DNA of 64,000 bases from contig CAJNYD010000049.1 of assembly GCA_905331295.1 (NCBI GenBank), positions 1 through 64,000 of the forward strand, read 5' to 3'. The notes under the pieces were generated by a model. It saw only the letters and a list, made by a program, of their open reading frames with translations. It was not told where the DNA came from and did not search any database. Below are positions 1 to 12,230 of this stretch, one piece after another. Within the stretch, counting starts at the first letter, position 1. Each line of letters opens with the position of its first letter. Origin of the DNA: Rotaria socialis (taxonomy: Eukaryota). A program made the translations under genes and the position numbers.

Positions 1-100
1 ATTTACAACTATATCTTTTAGATATAGTATAGTAAACTGTCTTGAATTGATTTTGTTCCAAATTTGATGCTTGAATCTAAATCGACTTAAAGATATTAAG

Positions 101-144
101 CCACCTGATGAGACTATTTAAACAATGGTCGAAACGCGTCGTGG
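101..144 (+). ncRNA. Minimal type I hammerhead ribozyme (Penelope/retrozyme type)
   Basis: CCAC-CTGATGA-GACTATT(taaac)AATGGTC-GAAA-CGCG-TC-GTGG: stem I CCAC/GTGG, intact core, 7-bp stem II, palindromic ACGCGT stem III; predicted cleavage after GUC at 140. Confidence 0.9.
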
Positions 145-319
145 AAGCTTCCTTCACACCCACACCCGTTTGTTTAGAACTGCGATGTCTATTATCTTTG
201 GATAGTAGTGATCTTTAATCATTTTTGTTGAAAATTTATTGGAAGTCAATTTGCTTTGATTTTTATAAATTTTTACTTAAGGATGATTTGATCGATATGC
301 AGTTAATTAGATTCTGAAA

Positions 320-364
320 TTACCTGATGATGACTGTCTAAGCAACAATCGAAACGCGTCGTAA
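320..364 (+). ncRNA. Second minimal hammerhead ribozyme, tandem with the first
   Basis: TTAC-CTGATGA-t-GACTGT..ACAATC-GAAA-CGCG-TC-GTAA; stem I TTAC/GTAA, stem II with one mismatch; cleavage site 220 nt from the first. Confidence 0.85.
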
Positions 365-1047
365 GTAGCTTTGAATCTAAAAAATTCCAGTCTAAACACA
401 CCCACACCCTCACGAATTTGAAAATAGCAATGATCAACTATGACTATGATTCAGAAAGGGGTAATATCTTACCGCCAATTGTAGTTTTCGCGAATTGGCG
501 AATGTCGTGAGGAAGTTCGCCAACGACAAATATACAATTGGCGAACTTACATAGACTCATATCAGACCAAATCATCATGTTTTTTTCTGCTACTATTTGT
601 TTTTGTTTTTCTTGCTTCATCTGTTTTCCATATCATTAGTACTCCTATATTTTTGTTTTGCTACACATTCTATGTGTTGCTTGGTTTATTGATTCATCCA
701 TATTATATTCTGAAAAAAAACGATCATCATAATGTAGTACCCGAGAATTTTTGCCGAATTTATTATATTCAATATCCATCTGGAATTCATTTATATCGAT
801 AGACCTTTCTTCTACAATAGGAAGAACAGTATCAACCATTATTCCATCTTTAGTATTTTCCGAAGTTGGTGTAGTCATATACAAAAGAGTTTTGTAATCA
901 AAATCGCCTCTAATCATGCATCTATACTTTCTTTATTCTAGATTTAAATCCAGTCGTTGACTGAATGAGAATTAAATGACTCAAAGCAACGACAGATGGA
1001 ACATTGTTCATGAAAGTGATCTGTCACAGCATGGTTAAAATGATAGA

Positions 1048-1656
1048 ATGGAAGTGATATCAGCAACACAGATACATGGTGAAGAATCAACAGATATTGT
1101 CAATAAAAAGCCTAAATATCATGGAAATAAGAAATTACAACGCTTCAAACGAAAATGGAGAACACGTGGTTTGAATGAAGAAGAAATTGCGACATTGATT
1201 AATACAAGAACCCATGATACATCTGAACAATCATTAAACGAGCCAATGATGAACGATGAAATTGAAGCGTTCAACAAACGAAAAAGAAGCTCATCCAAAC
1301 AAAAACTATCAAACAAATCTTTAATATCAATGAGCCAGTCATCTATATCACAAGGAGTTTTAAAAAAAGTGAAGAATTCTCAAATTGAAACGAAATCATC
1401 TATTGATAATAATAGCGATCGCTTGAATGCAAATGATGATATTTCTTTTTATAAGCCATCACGATACTTGAAGATGCCACGAAAGTTTCTTTTGCATTCA
1501 TTACGCCTTCAATTAAATTGCTCTATAAAAAGAAAAAAAGAACAGCGATTTACACTATCACGACTTAAACTATTTGACAAACAATTTTGTCTTTATCAAA
1601 TTCATCATTTATATCAAAAGTATTTGGATTTCGGTCTACAGTATCAAATCTGGCCA
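1048..1656 (+). pseudogene. Basic repeat-associated ORF, probably accessory ORF of a Penelope/Athena/Terminon-like element; truncated
   Basis: K/R-rich ORF (HGNKKLQRFKRKWR..., YLKMPRKFLLHSL) in the same orientation downstream of tandem hammerheads; in-frame TAA at 1036-1038 upstream; probable donor after IWP (1657) and acceptor about 1711, after which a CCGG-rich repeat interrupts. Confidence 0.45.
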
Positions 1657-1718
1657 GTCAGTTCAATCTGCTTTGTCTCAATTCATAAAATAGTATTAAT
1701 TTCATTTACAGGCACAAC

Positions 1719-2040
1719 TCGATGATTCCGACCTCCGGAACCCGGAGGAAACGGTAAGAAACGTCTTGTTTTCCGGTGTATTCCGGCCGGTTCCGGAGCC
1801 TTTCCGACAGGATCCGACCGGAAGTCGCATCGGAATATGTAAGCAGTATTCCGGCCGGATTTCACCGTACCCGGAACCGGTTCAAACCGAGTCGTATCCT
1901 TTACCGGAAACAACAAAGATCCGTTGGGGTTCCGACAGAACCTTAGCGGAAGAACAACGGAACCGTACTTATCCCAGCGGCAAGATCAGCGGAAACGCTA
2001 AAAGCTTGCGGGAACATACTTCGGATCCAGTGGATATGAA
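1719..2040. mobile_element. CCGG(A)-rich non-autonomous element remnant
   Basis: Abrupt GC-rich block full of CCGGA/TCCGG motifs, similar in character to the element at 32261-32483; termini not resolved. Confidence 0.4.
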
Positions 2041-2061
2041 AGTGAGACCCACGCAGTCTCA

Positions 2062-2340
2062 GTGAGACTATCCAATACTCACTTTTCAGCAAGTGAGACT
2101 ATCCAATACTCACCTCTCAGCAAATGAGACTATCCAATACTCACCTCTCAATAGGTGAGACTACCTAATACTCACTTTTCAGCAAGTGAGACGTCCTAAT
2201 CCTCACCTCTCAGTAGGTGAGACTATCCAATACTCACTTTTCAGCAAATGAGACTATCCAATACTCACCTCTCAGTAGGTGAGACTATCCAATACTCACT
2301 TTTCAACAAGTGAGACTTCCTAATACTTACCTCTCAGTAG
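2062..2340 (+). repeat. Tandem array of nine 31-bp units
   Basis: Units start at 2062, 2093, 2124, 2155, 2186, 2217, 2248, 2279, 2310; consensus GTGAGACTATCCAATACTCAC(T/C)T(T/C)TCAG(C/T)A(A/G); internal GTGAG/CTCAC inverted repeat. Confidence 0.95.
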
Positions 2341-2355
2341 GTGAGAGTAACGGTC

Positions 2356-2454
2356 GGGTGTGGGTGGTGTGGGTGTGGGTGTGTGGGTGTGGGTGTGGGT
2401 GTGAAATTATTTGAATTACACCCACACCGGTACCCACACCCACACCCACCCACA
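2356..2454. repeat. Head-to-head interstitial telomere-type repeats (TGTGGG)n ... (CCCACA)n
   Basis: About 8 GGGTGT-like units, a short AT spacer (AAATTATTTGAATT), then CACACCC units; TGTGGG is the telomeric repeat known from Adineta vaga. Confidence 0.85.
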
Positions 2455-2662
2455 AGTTGAACGTAGTTAAGCACCAAAATCGATTGATCGTGTTGATAAT
2501 GCATCTCCTCCTCGTGATCGATATGATCGTATTCATTTTAAAGATGATGGACATGGAAAACATGCATTATATAACAATGGAACATGGAAACATGGTGGAC
2601 GAGCCTTAACAAGAGAGGAAAAAAAGTGGATTACAGAAAATGGATGGCCATTACCAAACTAA
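2453..2662 (+). pseudogene. Orphan C-terminal fragment resembling a bacterial RHS/polymorphic toxin tip domain
   Basis: Manual translation QVERS*APKSIDRVDNASPPRDRYDRIHFKDDGHGKHALYNNGTWKHGGRALTREEKKWITENGWPLPN*; no start codon, internal TAA at 2468-2470; absent from the ORF track. Confidence 0.65.
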
Positions 2663-3531
2663 CAAATACAAATTGAAATTTATTTTTCTCTTTAAAAAAA
2701 GATGGATCAAAAATTTTATTCTGTGTTTTTATCAAGTTAAGTTCTTTCATTATATATTTAAGAAATATTTATCAAATAACACTCACTTTTTACTCGAATT
2801 CTAATTTACATAACTTCTTAATAACGAGACAGTAGCTATATGCATAGAGTTTTTTATTTCACTTCCCTGTATTCAAAAACAATTTTTCTTTTTACATATA
2901 GATCAAACTATTCAGTCAAATTTCGTTCATGGATACATATATCTTTATGTTTCATTTGTTGCAATCGGTTCACGCTATATCCGACATATCTAAACGTTTA
3001 TAAACGCTTTTTACTCTGTCTCTTGGAAATTAGAATTTTCGTATTTATCCGTAAACAAAGGGAAAAAAGTTTTTACCATTGACCCAATCATTGAGTGACA
3101 AAATTAGAAACGGTTTTTAATATTCATACACTAAATATTTTTCAATTTCTTTTAATTTTGGAGTTGCAATTATTAACAATTAAAAAGCAAAGACAACAAG
3201 AAAAACAGAAATATCCGCTGTATGTGGATTGATACGAATATTGCTGTTTCCACTCGTCTTATGAGAACTAACTTTTTCTTTGTGAAAATTGCTGAAAAAT
3301 ACGTATAACATATCACGGTATGACTTTTGCTGTATATTATGCTTCGCAAGCATACTAGAACGACGAAAGTGTTTCTAGTGTAGTTTCACATCAAGGAATG
3401 AGGGTGTGGGTGTTATAATCCTTTTGACACATCCTAGTCACACTCACACCCACACCCCAAAACAATCACCATTGTATTTTATTCAAATTTCAGTAACAAT
3501 GTTGTCATGATAAAAATATGTAATTCACCTA

Positions 3532-5740
3532 TTAGTGACAACAATATCGTACACAGTTAAGAAGAAAAAACCCAAAATCATGAAATACAAGACAGTTGAT
3601 TCTCGTATCTTTCATCCATTCGAACGAGCGATATATCCAAGTACGTCGGTGACATCGACTACAGGTAAAATCTTTCCTTTTATTCCATTTTTGCTGAATC
3701 CGAACATCGGCTGTCTGCAAGCCTCCAAGTGCATCAACTTTATTATACCACAATGTCGAATTTTCGAAGTCGTGCATGCATTCGTAGATTTGTCCCATCA
3801 TCGAATAAATGTTAATGAATTCCATTTGTTCGGTTGGAATAGCCTTCTGTGCAATTTCCAATGCTTTCTCGGTATGACCTAGTGCCCTTTGCAACTCTCG
3901 ATGTCGAAGTTCAAGCAACAGCGTTGCTAAACTTAGATTATAAAATATCAGATCCGGATGTATTTCTGGTAATGAATGATTGGCCACATTTAAAGCTCTC
4001 TCACAATACTCGAGCGATGTTCTATAGTACTTTCTACGCCGAAAAAAAGCAGCCATATTTCCATAGCACGTTGCAATTCTCGGATGATTTTCACCGAAAT
4101 TTTTCCTATAGATTGTCAAAGCCGTATTGTATGAGTCAAGAGCTTGTCTTCGCTTATGTTGCATGCTATATAGATTTCCTCGAACCAGATGAATATTAGC
4201 CTGAAGGGGATGATCCATATATCCGTGACTTTCGCACTGTTCCAGTGCTCGATCATACCATACAGCACTTTCTTCATATCGACCTGTATGTAATGCTGCA
4301 TTGCCAATATTCTGACAGTATTGTGCGCGGTTTGGATCATCTGTAGAAGTTTCATAATAGATTCGGCGAAAAAATCGATCTGCAGTGTGGAATTTATTCA
4401 TGTTGAATAATACGACGCCAAATGAGTTCAAACTTGCTTCTTTATCTTTTCCCGTTAGTTCACCGCCGTATTCATTGCGTAGTGTCTCAAAAAGCGGTTT
4501 CAATTTATTCTCTTCATTGCTGCAAAGCTCCATTTTTACTGTTGAGAAAGAATCTCCATTAATTACATCCGTAATATGAAACATACTTCCAGCCATAAAG
4601 AGTACTTCTTCTTCTTGTGGAAATTGACTGAATCTTGATATATTAGCAAAGGGTTGTACACCGCCAAGAACCTTCGAATCAGCGTTTATGTCAAATAAAA
4701 CGCTCACTTCGTCATCATTCTTATTGTTGTTTATGAGAATCTCGGCAACGCTTAGTTGAAGACTAGTTGATAGAAAAGAATTCATTGAGATATACTGATC
4801 TTTTGCTTTGGACAACTACTTCCATTCTTCTCTTGAAAGACGTTGTCCGCGATAAACATGCACTGGTAATTGTTCTTGATGAAGCATGAGCTGGTTTTTC
4901 ATATCTTGTAAAATAAACCGATAGAGAAATAGCAGATCTATATTTTGAGTGCGGAGAGCTTTATTAAGTTGACGATAGACAAATGCATCTTTGGTATACC
5001 ACTCAAAGACTTTTTCTGCATTGTATTCTAGATGAAACTTCGTCACTTTTTCTAATTCTTTTGCATTAGTGGCAAAAAGTTCGGTACATCGAGCAATCAA
5101 TTCATCCTTATCATTGAGCTTTTGGTCCATTCGAAGGAGAATATCGAGAAGTAATTGAGTGAAAAGGAATCGTCCGTTGATTTCGTTTGAAGAAAGTTCT
5201 GATGTCTTATTTCCTTCGAAAATATTGATAGAAAAGAATTCTTTAGTGTTGCGTAGGAAACGAGCTTCAAATAAACGAATGCGATTGGCTACTTGGTCTA
5301 GATTGGTATGTTTAACCTACGAAAACGATCCATATAATTATATTTTCGATCATCAAAATATAGCTTACTTTCACATATGCAGGAGATATGTGATTTTCAT
5401 CATCGGTACTCATTGCTACGAGGTGGACAACGAAGATTACTTTGATGGGACAGAGGCAATGTGTAACATTAATGATCTCTTCTGTATCTTGCCCTTCAGC
5501 AATAAGTATTACTTCAGCACTCGTGGGCAATTTGTAAAGATAATCACCACACTCCAAGAAATCTTCGAAAAAACGCATATTGTATCCGTCTAAATTCAGA
5601 ATTTGTTCGGAATACTGTGGATCTTGGAGTAAAGTTAAATGTGGCCTCTCATTGAGCCATACAATATCGAAATGCTCGATGGTAGCATGCTCTTCAATTT
5701 CCTCCTGAGCAACAGGCACATGATATTCCGAGCCTTTCAT
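3532..5740 (-). pseudogene. ADP-ribosyltransferase (R-S-E clade) + TPR repeat gene with in-frame nonsense codon
   Basis: Exons about 5740-5369 and 5316-3532 (52-bp GT-AG intron); motifs WYTKDAFVYRQLNKALR, VYRGQ, FLSTS, QEEEVLF, then TPRs; single TAG at 4816-4818 between the R and STS motifs, with the frame continuing. Confidence 0.85.
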
Positions 5741-6852
5741 ATGAGAAAGAAAGCATTTAATATTATGTTAACAGCCTAGATAGAAAAACCTACTTTTGTT
5801 TCCCATTACATACAAAATCTAATCTCATTGCTAGCCATAATATTCTTTTTTTACCTACTCTCATGTGCTGTTACTTATTCAGAATACAATTTCTGTTTAA
5901 CGTCAATTATATAGCAGCTGAAAGCAGGTGAGTTTTTTTTCTTTTCTTCCGTTAATACTGTTGGAAGTTTCCAAGTACAAAAGACACTGACTCACACATA
6001 CGGAATAAGCTGCAACAGTTGGCTCAAAAAGGGTAGGGATGTAGATTGTGGATGCCAGTGGGAGTGAAGGGCGACAGAAACAGCACATCCACATCTCAGA
6101 TTTTGCTGATTTCGAAGACCTATGTTAAGATAATGACAGCAATTATTTATCTACATTTTATGTGTCAATGAGTGATTCGAGTCTTTTCAGAGAACACTGG
6201 TGTAATGTGATATTTATTAAACAAAAAAAAACGGTTCTGATAGAACTAAGAAAAAATTATGATTGTAACAATAACCCAATCAGAATAAAATCTTAATAGA
6301 TTGTGATTTTCTATTTATCCACGAGATATCAATCGTGTCTCGCTAAGTTGAAAAAACACCAATAATTTATTCGCAATAAGTACGTAAGATAAAAGCTTTC
6401 TATAGCGAATTAATTTTTGTTCTCTAGAAGAAATTGATACAAAAAGAATCGAAACGCTCAATCATGAGTTCGCTTGCGCTAGGTGTCAGGTTTACTAAAT
6501 TGCAAAAACGCATCCATCTTTTTTTTCACTAAATTCTTGATGAAAAATGCAAGTTACAACGGATTATTGAATAATCAGAAACAAACAATGTTATTTATGA
6601 TCTTGAGAGTGTGGGGTGTGAGTGAGTGAAGAGGATAACCATTTGTCCATACTTGCACTGACACACTCACACCGATAGCCTCAAATAAATAAATTTATAT
6701 CTTAATCTCGTGCTGATTAACATTTTTGTTAAATGCAGTTAGGGAGCAAGTGTTCGGGGAGCATCTTGCCGGGATTCATAGCAATCAGTTGAGCGAAATA
6801 AAGTCTTATGCAATTTTTATTTATTTCATTGAAAATTAATAATTATTAAAAC

Positions 6853-7625
6853 TTAGTCGAATGTTTGATTTTCAACTGATGAAACAGTAGGACAGTGTTG
6901 CTGATCTTCGTACATTTTTAATACGTTTTTCACTTGTTCGCGTTGACCTACGAATAGAATATTGTCAAACCAAAAATGTTCTCGTTTAATCAAACATACA
7001 AAGTGCCAGCGAGCTTTTGCGTCCTTTCGTTCTTGAACGTTGTTTATGTAGTTGATAATTATAATCCAAAGCATCATCCGCTATTTAAATAATTCATAGT
7101 TTAAAAGTAAAAACTCACCTAAATACATACCTTCCAATTCAAATAGCATACCAATAAGAATGGACATAATGGTACCAGTTCTTCCATGTCCACCCCTATT
7201 TGATTAGCTGACAAATTATTTCAAAAATAATCAACTTGACAAAAGTTTTTACCAGCAATGTATAAGAATCTTTTGATGATCTTCTTTAAGTCTTTTGCAT
7301 AGATGCGAACAAAACTCGAATACTTTTTGATCATCTCGACAGACATATTGATCAGGAATTGGAAATGAAACAAATTCAACTTTTTGATCATCTGTTTAAA
7401 TTAAATAAATAACATTTTTTAAACGAAGATTAACAAAAATACCTTGAATAGCATATTGTCGAATTTCTGGTTCGTATGGAGTAAAACGAATGAGCTCTTT
7501 CGGTTGCATTAGATTAACAAATACTTCAATTCCACTATCATAAATAGTGCGTGTTATACGTCGATGCTCATCAAGATCTTTTGCACCTGGATATGCACTT
7601 GATAGAAGCAATTTTGGAATCGCTA
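6853..7625 (-). CDS. Cx5R protein-tyrosine/dual-specificity phosphatase-like protein (5' end unresolved)
   Basis: Spliced exons give SAYPG...FVNL...FPIPD...IHCW|GGHGRTGT; P-loop split by intron 7196-7252; last exon GQREQVK...QTFD*. Confidence 0.8.
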
Positions 7626-8478
7626 AATCGATAATAGAATAATTCTTAAAGAAATATAAAAATTCAATGTTAAATCTTTGTTTTTGATATTTCAAGGCAT
7701 GAAATTGTACAACAGTCAAATAAAGAACATTGTAAAGCATACCATCAACAAAACATTAATAGGAGATCAAAGATGATGATGAGTTCGTCAAATATATTGA
7801 TTTAACTTTCTCAATATTTCTTAACATTGGGCAGGTAAAAAGATTTGTTTTCAAAGATTCTCTGCCACAAAAGTACATATTGGCAAAATAGTTTCAGTTC
7901 TTATAGAACGAAGGTTAGGAATGACCTTGTAAAATAATCGTTCTTATTGTAATCAACAGAGCTGACTGACCCAAATGTACAGAATGGACGAACTATTAAT
8001 GTGTTGACAAAGAAGAATAAGCTTTCCAACAGCCGGGTGGTACTGAGTCATTCCTTCTCTCGCGACGTTTTTGAAAGATATCTCTTACTATAGCTAGAAG
8101 GATGAAGGGAAGCAGTTCAGCATTCCTGGTCCCATCACTACTTAGAAGTGAAAACATTTTAGAAGATAACTCGAACTTATTGGCACTGCCAAAATATGAT
8201 ATTACATTTCTAGTTCCTAGAGGTATTACTGAGTTCAAACGCAGAATCACAACTGTTTTTCTTTTACTGATACCAAATTGTGTTAAACTCACATTTTGCT
8301 TTCAATGAAAATAATAAATGTAAGTATGCAATCAAATTTTTCGGGTCCTTCTTTCACATTGTCGACTTTAGTTTGTAATGCCTTTTACGAGTTTCAAGAA
8401 AATTAGATGGCGTTCCCCGAGATCAACTGATGGTATATTTTAAAAAATCTTTTTCATAAACCAGTGCAGTTTCAATTA

Positions 8479-8933
8479 CTATTATCCGTTCCAGAAGTCA
8501 AGGCAGTCGGTTGTCTTTTGAATAATGTTTGATAGGAACAAGATAGAGACCTGCGATTCTCGCTGTTTCATAGCCATGACCCAGATACATATTTGACCAA
8601 CCCCTGAGCGTGACCACAGGGGTGAATTTCTCGACGAAAACAAAAGTTCGTGAAAAATTCGAAATATGCATTGGTCGGCTCAGTTTTTGATGCTGATTCC
8701 GAATGTGTAAGAAAATCTATAGACTTCTATAACACTTACCAGAAATCCAGAGTGGTTTCCCAGTGACCCTTTGAAAAATCGATCTTCAAATTTTTCCTTA
8801 GAAAAACTTTTGCTTGTGGAAATATGTATCTGGGTCTTGGCTATGAAACAGTGAAAATCGCAGGCCTATCTTGTTCCTATCAAACGTTATTCAAAAAACC
8901 ACCGACTGTCTTGACTTCTGGAACGGATAATAG
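8479..8933. mobile_element. MITE with about 115-bp TIRs, TA-flanked (Tc1/mariner-like)
   Basis: CTATTATCCGTTCCAGAAGTCAAG...CCCAGATACATATT mirrored at 8821-8933; TA on both sides. Confidence 0.85.
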
Positions 8934-11689
8934 TATGCGAACTGAAATGCTGATTATCTCTCGTGGTGTGGATGTCTCGAAATGACATAATATGTGTCAA
9001 TCGATCGAGTTGTACGCTAGGTCGTTAAGTCTTAATTATTTTTTAGTACGATACTTATAATTTAACAATACAAGAACGAGAAAAATGGAGAACTGAATCC
9101 AGTGACTATTTATTTTTAAATAGCGTTTTTCTTTCTATTAGGGCGATCGAGTGATTCTATTAAATTCTTATTTCAGTTGTCAAAACAAAAGCTAACCATT
9201 ACACCCAGTTCTCCGATCACGAACTGCCACAGATCGAAAGCGATAATCGTTTTAAAAGAACTATCGTCTGTTAGAGATTTCACATTTTGTGTGTCTCTTC
9301 TTGTTGGTAGAATAACCCTAGAGAAGACTGATGAGTTGTATGCATCAGTCCCAAGGGTCTGTTCTGATAAACAGTTTTCTTTTTACCAGGACCAAATACT
9401 ATTCACATCGTTCATCGTTACATAGAACCTTAACACTTTATTCGTTGGCTTCACAGTAGAAAACAGATAATTTATTAAAGGTTTCGTAATTCAAGACTCT
9501 TCGCCTCTATCGAACTAGGCAAGAAAATAATTATAAAGCTCTGATAAATGATGAAAAAAGATCCATTTAAATAATCATTTACGAATAAAGTCATATTAAA
9601 AACATTTTATAAAATAGATTAATATAAATTTTTGATTTTACTAATAAATTTAGCTTGATGTATTTTTTTTAGTCATATTATAACTAATCTTCTCTGTCTT
9701 ACTGGTGGAATTGCAGTATAAGAAGATTAAATAATTGCTTATTCTCCGGTAATTTATTATTTCAATTTTAAACTATTTACGGACTTCTATTTTTGTATTT
9801 AAACTGTGTGATAAGATCATAGAATCTTAAATAGATTTTTATCAAACTTCAAGGCTTCGCACTCGTGGCTGAATCATTTTAACTTTGGGATGGTACCTAT
9901 TTTTTTTTAGAGTGTACATATCAATAATCTTAATGTTAAAAAAGAGCGAATCACACGATCAAGAACGATATGTATTTAAAATATTATGAATGTTAGTAAA
10001 GCAGAAAATGTACATATGTCATAGTTACAGATACTTATTATAATCGCTACTTTTTTCATCACCTACTCGTGCTAGTGGATCCTTCAGAAGAAGCTTAAAA
10101 CAAAAATTTAAACTAACACCCAGTGTCCCCATCACTAGAAAAACACATAGCAAAACTTTGTAGCCTTTGTAGAACAATGTCCCCTTCATTTAAAAAATAC
10201 CGCGAAAAAAATTTCAAAAATGCTTCTCCAATCTCAACTGAATTCCAAATGGAATAAAATTACGCTGGGGATTTTATCGTTAAAACAGAATCTCATTCTA
10301 TGTAATATTTTCATCTGTAAGAGAATGTCAAAATGTCTTACTCCAATGACTTGTTTCAGTGGGACCACAACATGACGAATCGGTGAGACTCAATTGCATA
10401 GCTAATAAATGACAAATGTTATGAAAGGTTGTTTCTTTTTGTTTCATTTCATCATTACATAAATGTTGGGCAATGAATATTTTTGTATGAGAATACAGCG
10501 ATGACTCACCCTCTGCATATCCTTGATCCTCTTCTTCTCAAATATTGAGTACAAAAATATGAAGAAAAAAAAAGCTGAAGAATCTTGTATTGATGAACTG
10601 ATCTAGATTTGTTTCAATAAATTCATACATAATGAAACGGCAAACCTAAAAAACAATTTAATCAACAATTTTCTTTATTATAAATACAACTCTAAAGAAA
10701 AATCATATAGCACACGTTAAGCTTTCGTTTCTGTTTCTTTTTTCAGTTATTTGAATATTTCTTGGCAATCTAATAATCCTACTTTTTTCTTCATTATTTA
10801 ACTCTGTTACTTCAGGCATGTTTTGCAATAGAGTTTAAATAAGAAAAGTAATTTTAATCTTCCTATCATCTAGCCATTTCGATAGTTGCTGACTATCATA
10901 TTACAATAAACCGAATAAGCTGGTTTTGACGTGCTCTATTAATTTCAAACATGATTAGCCTGCACCTTAAGACAGAAATAGAATTAATTAGTTGAGTTGC
11001 ATTATTCTCTATCTATGAATTTTTAGAGAGAAAACTAAAATAAAAAATTCAATTTACTTTTATTTGAATTTGTTTTACTGGATATTCTTTTGGTCATGCA
11101 TACCGATGGTCGCTTTCCCCCTAAACCCTCTCAGAGTCTGAAGGTGGTACTGGAATTCACTTGTTGTTTTGTTCATGTAGCAACCTCGAAATACTTGATC
11201 GTATTGATCAGTCTTGTAGGTGCGAAAGATTGCACCATGTTCGCTTTGGTGCATGTGTGCGACTACCCACCCATATGAAACTGATTCCAATACTACTGTA
11301 GCATTGAACAACATTGCTTTTTTTATTGTTTTTTCCAACTTCATACTGATTTTTCAAGTCTGTTAGTTGATAACGAACAATTAAAGCGATACTTTCTCCT
11401 TTCCAGGAAATTCAATAGTAGATTGTATGAGCTAATCACGAGTGGCAATCGACAAAGTAATAGCTATTCTCACTGCAGGTGTGTTTATATGTAGCAATCG
11501 TTATCGTGATTTCATATCGCGGCTAAAGCAAACATTTGCTTTTCACCATTCGCTCTTATTTGAATTTTATTTTTATAATTCATTTGCATCATCAGCTCAA
11601 AACTATCGTAATAATGTATCCTGCAACAACTTGGTTCATTTCAATATCTCTGCTGGGTTCTTTAATCGTTTGTTTTCTTTTGTCATACT

Positions 11690-12230
11690 GCTAATACACT
11701 CACCTGTCGCATACTGACCTCCTGATCCCAGTATTCCATACGACAATTCAGGTCACAATTTAAACGGCATATTTACCAACAATCCTTCTGCCACAAGAAT
11801 GCCAAACAATGATATTGTGAGTGTGTTTAATGGCCTCAACCAATACTTCACTATAGACGACAACGATTATTTGGAAATAGTCCGAACGGATATTCTCGCT
11901 ATAGAAGCATGGTTTCGATCTGACACACTACAGTTAGACCACCAGGAAGGCAGTGGCTATGTTTGGTGGATGGGGAAAGGGGAGACATACCAGTAAAGTT
12001 GAACTACGCGAGTGTACAGTTATAATAACACAGAAGAACGTTTTAATCGTCCTTGTGGTTATGCATTCAACTTATCTGGTGGCTTAGATGCTGAAATTTA
12101 TTTTCAAGATAATATTACCGTCGGACAACTACAATCATTTTTTCCAAGGAGCAATTGGAAAAGTCGCAGTTTTTGATTATGAATTGAACTCTCGACAGAT
12201 GCAAATTCATTTTAACAGCATGGTGACCAA
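11690..12230 (+). pseudogene. Bacterial-type LamG/concanavalin-like jelly-roll domain pseudogene
   Basis: PVAY*..DNSGHNLNG..FNGLNQYFTI..IEAWFRSD..EGSGYVWWMGKG..Q*S*..GYAFNLSGG..YFQD..VGQ, then after a frameshift/deletion FQGAIGKVAVFDYEL; stops at 11715, 11994 and 12000. Confidence 0.7.

Noticed and set aside
1683..2065. ORFs 1683-1916 and 1766-2065
   Set aside because: By-products of a GC-rich repeat, with no protein motifs
2062..2340. CRISPR array
   Set aside because: Units are contiguous with no unique spacers, there are no cas genes, and the context is eukaryotic
7996..8308. ORFs upstream of the phosphatase
   Set aside because: Could not be spliced convincingly to the phosphatase exons and have no recognisable motifs
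9326..9350. GACTGATGAG...CATCAGTC motif
   Set aside because: Simple 8-bp hairpin with no hammerhead topology
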